Assembly: GCA_003056145.1 (NCBI GenBank)
Contig: LSNL01000001.1
Coordinates: forward strand, 9,351 to 73,350
Source: Parcubacteria group bacterium M10-OD1-1
GTDB lineage: Bacteria; Patescibacteriota; Minisyncoccia; Moranbacterales; UBA2206
Reading direction: 5' to 3'
Length of the DNA stretch: 64,000 nt
Shown here: positions 59,095 through 64,000 of the stretch, one piece after another
Position numbering within the stretch: position 1 is the stretch's first letter
How the letters are laid out: every line of letters begins with the position of its first letter
The notes under the pieces: generated by a model
What the model saw: the letters and a program-made list of their open reading frames with translations, nothing else
Told to the model about the DNA's origin: nothing
The model's database searches: none
Made by a program: the position numbers and the translations under genes

Positions 59095-59388
59095 AGCTGT
59101 ATGGGTAAAGAATTATAAAAAAATTATATCACAGACAAATTGAATAGTCTAAAGAAAAAAGTGGATAGGTTGTTTATAATATGTGCATTACTATTATAAA
59201 TAGCAACAAAAAAGATTTTTGTAAAGAGATTGGGAAAAAACAAGATCTTTTTGGTCAAATAAAGAGTTAAAAAGGCTATTAATAAAGAATATTTATTAAA
59301 CCTTTATTTAATTGACTTTTAGTTAGTTAGCTGGTAAACTTTAAATTACTTAAAGAAAAGAAAATTATTAGTAAGTTTTTAAAAAAAT

Positions 59389-59523
59389 ATGAGTGAAACC
59401 TATAAACCAAAAACCAAAAGAAGAAAAAGAAGACATGGTTTTTTAAAGCGTAGCCGTACATCAGCTGGTCAAAATATCTTAAAAAGTCGCAGACAAAAAG
59501 GTAGAAAAAAACTTTCAGTTTAA
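59389..59523 (+). CDS. rpmH: 50S ribosomal protein L34 (below the ORF-track size cutoff)
   Basis: [44 protein letters not shown]; divergent from dnaA, upstream of rnpA. Confidence 0.95.
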   Translation: MSETYKPKTKRRKRRHGFLKRSRTSAGQNILKSRRQKGRKKLSV

Positions 59524-59596
59524 ATTTTAATTAAAATTGTTAAAAGACAATCTTAATTAAATTTGTTAAAAATACTGAAAATATTGAGTAATTATT

Positions 59597-59941
59597 ATGC
59601 TTCCTTGTGAAAATAGATTAATAAAGAAAAAAGATTTTACTGCTATTTATTCTTCTGGGCATAGTTTTTCTTTTAAGAATGTAATAATTAAAGTAAAAAA
59701 CAATAATTTAAAAGTTACGAGAGTGGGTATTGCTATTGGACTTAAATTTTCTAAAAAAGCAGTTAAAAGAAATAAAATTAAGAGACAGTTGAGAGAAATT
59801 TTTAGGAAGAGAATCAAGCAAATTAAAATAGGAAAAGATATTATTGTAATGGTAAAAAAAATAAAAGCAGAAGAATTTATTTTTTCAGAAATAGAAAAAA
59901 GTGTTCAAAAAGTACTTAAAGAAGGTAATTTAATGAAATAA
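59597..59941 (+). CDS. rnpA: Ribonuclease P protein component
   Basis: RL.KKKDF, RVGIAI, KKAVKRNKIKRQLRE. Confidence 0.93.
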   Translation: MLPCENRLIKKKDFTAIYSSGHSFSFKNVIIKVKNNNLKVTRVGIAIGLKFSKKAVKRNKIKRQLREIFRKRIKQIKIGKDIIVMVKKIKAEEFIFSEIEKSVQKVLKEGNLMK

Positions 59942-59953
59942 TTTAAACATCAA

Positions 59954-60751
59954 ATGGGTTTTTTATTTAATGAATTAGTTTATAGACCGTTATATAATCT
60001 TTTAATTTTTATTTATAATGTTTTTCCGTTTAGTGATTTTGGTATTGCTATAATTTTAGTTACTTTAATTACTAAATTTATTTTACTTCCTTTAAGTAAA
60101 AAGCAAATTGAATCACAAAGGAAAATGCAGGAATTGCAACCAAAAATAAAAGAACTTCAGGAAAAATATAAAAAAGACAAAGAAAAGCAGAGTAAAATGC
60201 TAATGGAGTTTTATAAAAAAAATAAAACCAATCCTTTTTCTGGTTGTTTGCCGACTATTTTTCAATTAATTTTTTTAATTGCTATTTATAGAGTTTTATT
60301 TAATATTTCTAACGCTCATTTAATAGTTAATGGTTCTATCTTATATTCTTTTGTCTCTAATCCAGGACAAATAAATCAATATTTTCTAGGAATACTTGAT
60401 CTTTCTAAGTCTGTAAATTTTTCTCAGTTTAATGTTAGTATGGTAGCCCAATCTTTATTAGTGGTTGCTACGGCAATTGCTCAGTATTTTCAGACAAAAA
60501 TGTTAATGCCAACTATTAATAAAAATAATCAATCTAAAACTAAAAAAGGTAAAGGACAAGATTTAACTCAAATGATGTCTAGTCAGATGCTTTATTTAGG
60601 ACCATTATTAACTTTATTTATTGGTTTTAAATTTCCTGCTGGATTGGCTTTATATTGGTTAGTTTCTACTGTGTTTGCCATAGGACAACAAATGTATTTA
60701 ATGAAAAATGGGGAAACAACTAATCAAAAAGTAGTTAACATTAAAGATTAA
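59954..60751 (+). CDS. yidC: Membrane protein insertase YidC/Oxa1
   Basis: FGIAIILVT, MQELQPKIKELQEKYK, NPFSGCLP..Q, PAGLALYW. Confidence 0.95.
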   Translation: MGFLFNELVYRPLYNLLIFIYNVFPFSDFGIAIILVTLITKFILLPLSKKQIESQRKMQELQPKIKELQEKYKKDKEKQSKMLMEFYKKNKTNPFSGCLPTIFQLIFLIAIYRVLFNISNAHLIVNGSILYSFVSNPGQINQYFLGILDLSKSVNFSQFNVSMVAQSLLVVATAIAQYFQTKMLMPTINKNNQSKTKKGKGQDLTQMMSSQMLYLGPLLTLFIGFKFPAGLALYWLVSTVFAIGQQMYLMKNGETTNQKVVNIKD

Positions 60752-60768
60752 TATATAATTTTAAATAT

Positions 60769-61257
60769 ATGGAAACTCAAAATTCAGATCAAAATATCAA
60801 AGAAGTAATCTTAGAGACAGTAAAAGAACTAGTGAAAAGAATGGGAATTGAAATAGAGTTAGAAATGAAAATTCAGAAACAAGACGAACAAGAAAATATG
60901 ATTTGTAGTCTTAATACAGAAGAGTCAAATTATTTAATCGGTCAGTATGGTATTAATTTGCAAGCCTTGCAACATATTGCCAGGGTGATAGTAAGAAAAA
61001 AAATAGATCAAAAAGTAAATTTCATTATTGATGTTAATTCTTATCGCCAAGAAAAAAATGAATCTATTGCTTTATTAGCTGATAATACAGCACGACAAGT
61101 TATTCTTGAAAAAAGAGCGATTACTCTTCGCCCAATGTCTCCTTACGAAAGAAGACTAGTTCATTTAGAATTAGCTAAAAATGACCAAGTGAAGACAGAA
61201 AGTATTGGTGAAGGTAACGATCGACGAATTGTTATTAAATTGAGAGATTTAATTTAG
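60769..61257 (+). CDS. jag: Jag/EloR (KhpB) KH-R3H RNA-binding protein
   Basis: LIGQYG.NL.ALQ, DVNSYR, PMSPYERRLVH, TESIGEG..RR. Confidence 0.9.
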   Translation: METQNSDQNIKEVILETVKELVKRMGIEIELEMKIQKQDEQENMICSLNTEESNYLIGQYGINLQALQHIARVIVRKKIDQKVNFIIDVNSYRQEKNESIALLADNTARQVILEKRAITLRPMSPYERRLVHLELAKNDQVKTESIGEGNDRRIVIKLRDLI

Positions 61258-61291
61258 GAAAGTTTATTTATATTCAAGAGTAATTTATTTT

Positions 61292-62725
61292 ATGCTTGTT
61301 GCTAGAAAAATAGCTTACAATATCGTTGTAAGTAGTGTAGCTAAATTTTTATCGACCATTTTAGCCCTTATTTCTATTGGGCTTATTACTCGTTACCTGG
61401 GGAAAGATGGTTTTGGAAACTACGCTACTGTTTTAGCTTTTTTAGCTTTTTTTACAGCGATAGCCGATTTAGGTTTGAATACAGTTTCTACTAGAGAAAT
61501 TTCTCGTCAAGGAGCTAAAGAAGAAGAAATAATTAGTAATATTTTTTCTTTAAGGATAATCACTTCTCTTTTGATTTTATTTTTAGCTCCTTTGATTATT
61601 TGGGTTTTTCCTTATTCTGTAGAAGTTAAAGAAGCTATAATGATTGTAGCAGCTTCTTTTTTATTTTCTTCGTCTTATCAAATTTTTAATGGAGTATTTC
61701 AGAAGCATTTAGCAATGGACAAAGTGGCAGTAGCGGAATTGGTGGGAAAAATTTTTCAAGTAGCTATCATTTTTTTAGTTATAGAATTAAAACTGGGATT
61801 TTTATGGATTGTCTCAGCTTTATTTTTCTATATGCTAATTAGCTTTATCTTAGTTTATATTTTGTCCAAGAAATACATAAAGATTAAATTTAAGATAGAT
61901 TTAAATTATTGGAAAAAATTTATTCAAGAATCGTATCCTTTAGGAATAGCAGCTTTAATTTCGTTTATTTATTTTAAAGTAGACACGATAATGCTTTCCG
62001 TCATAAAAAGTAGTACAGAAGTAGGAATTTATAGCGCTGCTTATAAAATTATTGAAAATATAACTTTCTTTCCAGCGATGATTATTGGTTTAATTTTTCC
62101 TATAATGTCGCATAATATTTTTTCTAATAAAAAGCATTTTCAGCTTATTTCTAATAAAACGTATAAGGTTTTTTGGTTATTAGTGATTCCTTTGGTAATT
62201 GGTACTCTTTTTTTAGCACCAGCGATTATTAATTTAATTGGCGGCAGTGGTTTTTCCCAATCGGTTATTATTCTAAAAATTCTTATTTTTGCTTTAGCTT
62301 TGATTTTCTTTAGTAATTTTTCTAATGCTATTTTAGTAGCAGCTAATCAACAAAAAAAACTGATGATAATTATGCTAATAGCGGCTATTTTTAATGTAGG
62401 AGCAAATTTAATTTTTATTCCTTTGTATTCCTATTTTGCTGCTTCAATTATTTCTGTAATAACGGAGCTTTTAGTTGTGGTAGGAACTTTTATAGCTATT
62501 TATAAAAAAATTAATTATTTTCCGAAAATAGAAAATATAGGCGGTATTTTAGGTGCTGGGATAGTAATGATTTTATTTTTTTTAACTTTTAATAAGCTAA
62601 ATTTTATAGTGGCTGGTGGATTGAGTGTTCTAATCTATTCTCTAGCTCTTTGGATTTTTAAAGCTATTAAAACAGAGGAAATAACAAGTTTAATAAGTAA
62701 AAAGGATATTAAAGAGTATGAATAA
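61292..62725 (+). CDS. Polysaccharide flippase (Wzx/MATE-like)
   Basis: ITRYLGKDGFG.Y, ADLGL, YFKVDTIML, VGIYSAAY; 12-14 TM helices. Confidence 0.9.
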   Translation: MLVARKIAYNIVVSSVAKFLSTILALISIGLITRYLGKDGFGNYATVLAFLAFFTAIADLGLNTVSTREISRQGAKEEEIISNIFSLRIITSLLILFLAPLIIWVFPYSVEVKEAIMIVAASFLFSSSYQIFNGVFQKHLAMDKVAVAELVGKIFQVAIIFLVIELKLGFLWIVSALFFYMLISFILVYILSKKYIKIKFKIDLNYWKKFIQESYPLGIAALISFIYFKVDTIMLSVIKSSTEVGIYSAAYKIIENITFFPAMIIGLIFPIMSHNIFSNKKHFQLISNKTYKVFWLLVIPLVIGTLFLAPAIINLIGGSGFSQSVIILKILIFALALIFFSNFSNAILVAANQQKKLMIIMLIAAIFNVGANLIFIPLYSYFAASIISVITELLVVVGTFIAIYKKINYFPKIENIGGILGAGIVMILFFLTFNKLNFIVAGGLSVLIYSLALWIFKAIKTEEITSLISKKDIKEYE

Positions 62726-63578
62726 TTTTCCTAAAGTTTCTATTGTAATCCTTAATTATAATGGAAAACAATTTATTTTAGAGGTCTTAAATAGTGTCCT
62801 TAAAATAAATTATCCTAATTTTGAAGTAGTTTTAGTAGATAATGGTTCAACTGATGGGTCTTTGGAATTAGTTAAAAAATCTTTTTCTAAAATAGTTTTT
62901 ATAAAAAATAGTGAAAATATCGGTTTTTCGGCTGGTAATAATATTGGAATAAAATATTCCTTAGAAAGAGGGGCTAAGTATGTTTTGTTACTAAACTATG
63001 ATACGCAAGTTAAAAGAAACTTTCTTGTTAATTTAGTAGCTATTATGGAGAGAGATAAAAAAATAGGGATCAGTAGTCCAATAATTTTTAAAAATAAATC
63101 TTCTCAACTTTGGTTTGCGGGGGGGAAAATTAATTGGTTAAAAATGAAAAGTCGACACCAAACTAAAATGATAAAAACTAATTATAAAAAATCTGATTTT
63201 ATTTCTGGTTGTGCGATGCTAGTCAAAAGAGAAGTTTTTCAGGAAGTCGGCTTATTAGATGAGGACTTTTTTCTTTATTGGGAAGATGTTGATTTTAGTG
63301 TGAGAGCCAAAAGAAAAGGTTTTAATCTTTTAGTTTCTCCTAAAAGCCAAATCTACCATTTTGAAAAAAGTGAAGAACGAAATAAGATAAAAGTTTACTG
63401 GCTAGTTTTATCGGGTTTGATTTTTTTTAAAAAAAACACCCCCTTAGTCTTTAAGCCATGGATTTTTTCTTATACTTTAATTAGAAAGATTAAAAATTGG
63501 CGAGATTTTAAGTTTCATCCTCAGAAAACAGCTAAGCTAATTAAAAAGGCTTACCAAGATTTTAAATATGTTAAATAA
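62718..63578 (+). CDS. Glycosyltransferase family 2
   Basis: VSIVILNYNG, VDNGSTD, N.GFSAGNN, LLNYD, SGCAML, FFLYWEDVD. Confidence 0.93.
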   Translation: MNNFPKVSIVILNYNGKQFILEVLNSVLKINYPNFEVVLVDNGSTDGSLELVKKSFSKIVFIKNSENIGFSAGNNIGIKYSLERGAKYVLLLNYDTQVKRNFLVNLVAIMERDKKIGISSPIIFKNKSSQLWFAGGKINWLKMKSRHQTKMIKTNYKKSDFISGCAMLVKREVFQEVGLLDEDFFLYWEDVDFSVRAKRKGFNLLVSPKSQIYHFEKSEERNKIKVYWLVLSGLIFFKKNTPLVFKPWIFSYTLIRKIKNWRDFKFHPQKTAKLIKKAYQDFKYVK

Positions 63579-64000
63579 AAAAATATCTATTTTAATTGTT
63601 AATTATCGTAGCGAAAAATATCTTGAAAAATGCATTGCTTCTTTATATTTAAAAATTAAAAATAAAATTGAGGCGGAAATACTTATTATCAATAATGATT
63701 CAAAAACTAAGCTTATTAAAGTAGCTAAAAAGTATCCTTCGGTGCAAATAATCAACAGTCAGAAAAATATTGGCTTTGGAGCGGGACATAATTTAGGAGT
63801 TAAGCAAGCTCAAGGAGAATTTTTATTTTTTTTAAATCCTGATGCGGAAATATTATCAGTCAATATTCAAAAAATAATAACTCTCCTTGAGAATAATACT
63901 AAGATAGGTATTTTAGGCGGAAAATTAATTGATGATTTTGGAGTAGTCCAGAAATGGAATGCAGGAGCTCAACTGGACTTCAAAGAGTTGATTAAAAATA
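63568..64000 (+). CDS. Glycosyltransferase family 2 (partial at window edge)
   Basis: MLNKKISILIVNYRSEKYLEKCIASL...NIGFGAGHNLG...FLNPD. Confidence 0.88.
   Translation, partial: MLNKKISILIVNYRSEKYLEKCIASLYLKIKNKIEAEILIINNDSKTKLIKVAKKYPSVQIINSQKNIGFGAGHNLGVKQAQGEFLFFLNPDAEILSVNIQKIITLLENNTKIGILGGKLIDDFGVVQKWNAGAQLDFKELIKN

Noticed and set aside
1-64000. Alternative genetic code (UGA = Gly, as in Gracilibacteria/Absconditabacteria)
   Set aside because: Conserved genes are full length under code 11, and TGA ends aspS and dnaA at the expected positions

Overview
64 kb of very AT-rich bacterial chromosome. Gene content, sparse Shine-Dalgarno use and the short AspRS/MurE forms suggest a Patescibacteria (CPR, Parcubacteria-like) genome using genetic code 11. 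The window holds the replication origin region (dnaN-dnaA / rpmH-rnpA-yidC-jag), housekeeping genes (rpoD, dnaG, polA, mutM, holA, ruvA/B/C, tsaC/E, ppsA, pyk, murE, femX-like, class A PBP), tRNA-Ser(GGA) and tRNA-Gly(CCC). The strongest candidate for an undescribed system is a tightly coupled operon just downstream of tRNA-Ser (13832-17998, minus strand). It encodes AspRS, a YdfG-like short-chain reductase, and a fusion of a glutamyl-tRNA-reductase (HemA)-like domain to an anticodon-domain-less Asp/Asn-tRNA synthetase catalytic domain. The HemA-like domain keeps the catalytic Cys but has altered glutamate-binding residues, and no tetrapyrrole genes are nearby, which suggests a tRNA-dependent aspartate reduction/ligation pathway. 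Other notable items: a structured ncRNA candidate with its own promoter and terminator (about 42765-43046), a PilB/GspE protein with two complete ATPase modules, four tandem ATP-grasp ligases with a 7TM protein, a perfect 44-bp palindrome at the tRNA-Ser promoter, and orphan single-gene cassettes with strong SD sites. All calls come from motif recognition by eye; no database searches were run.
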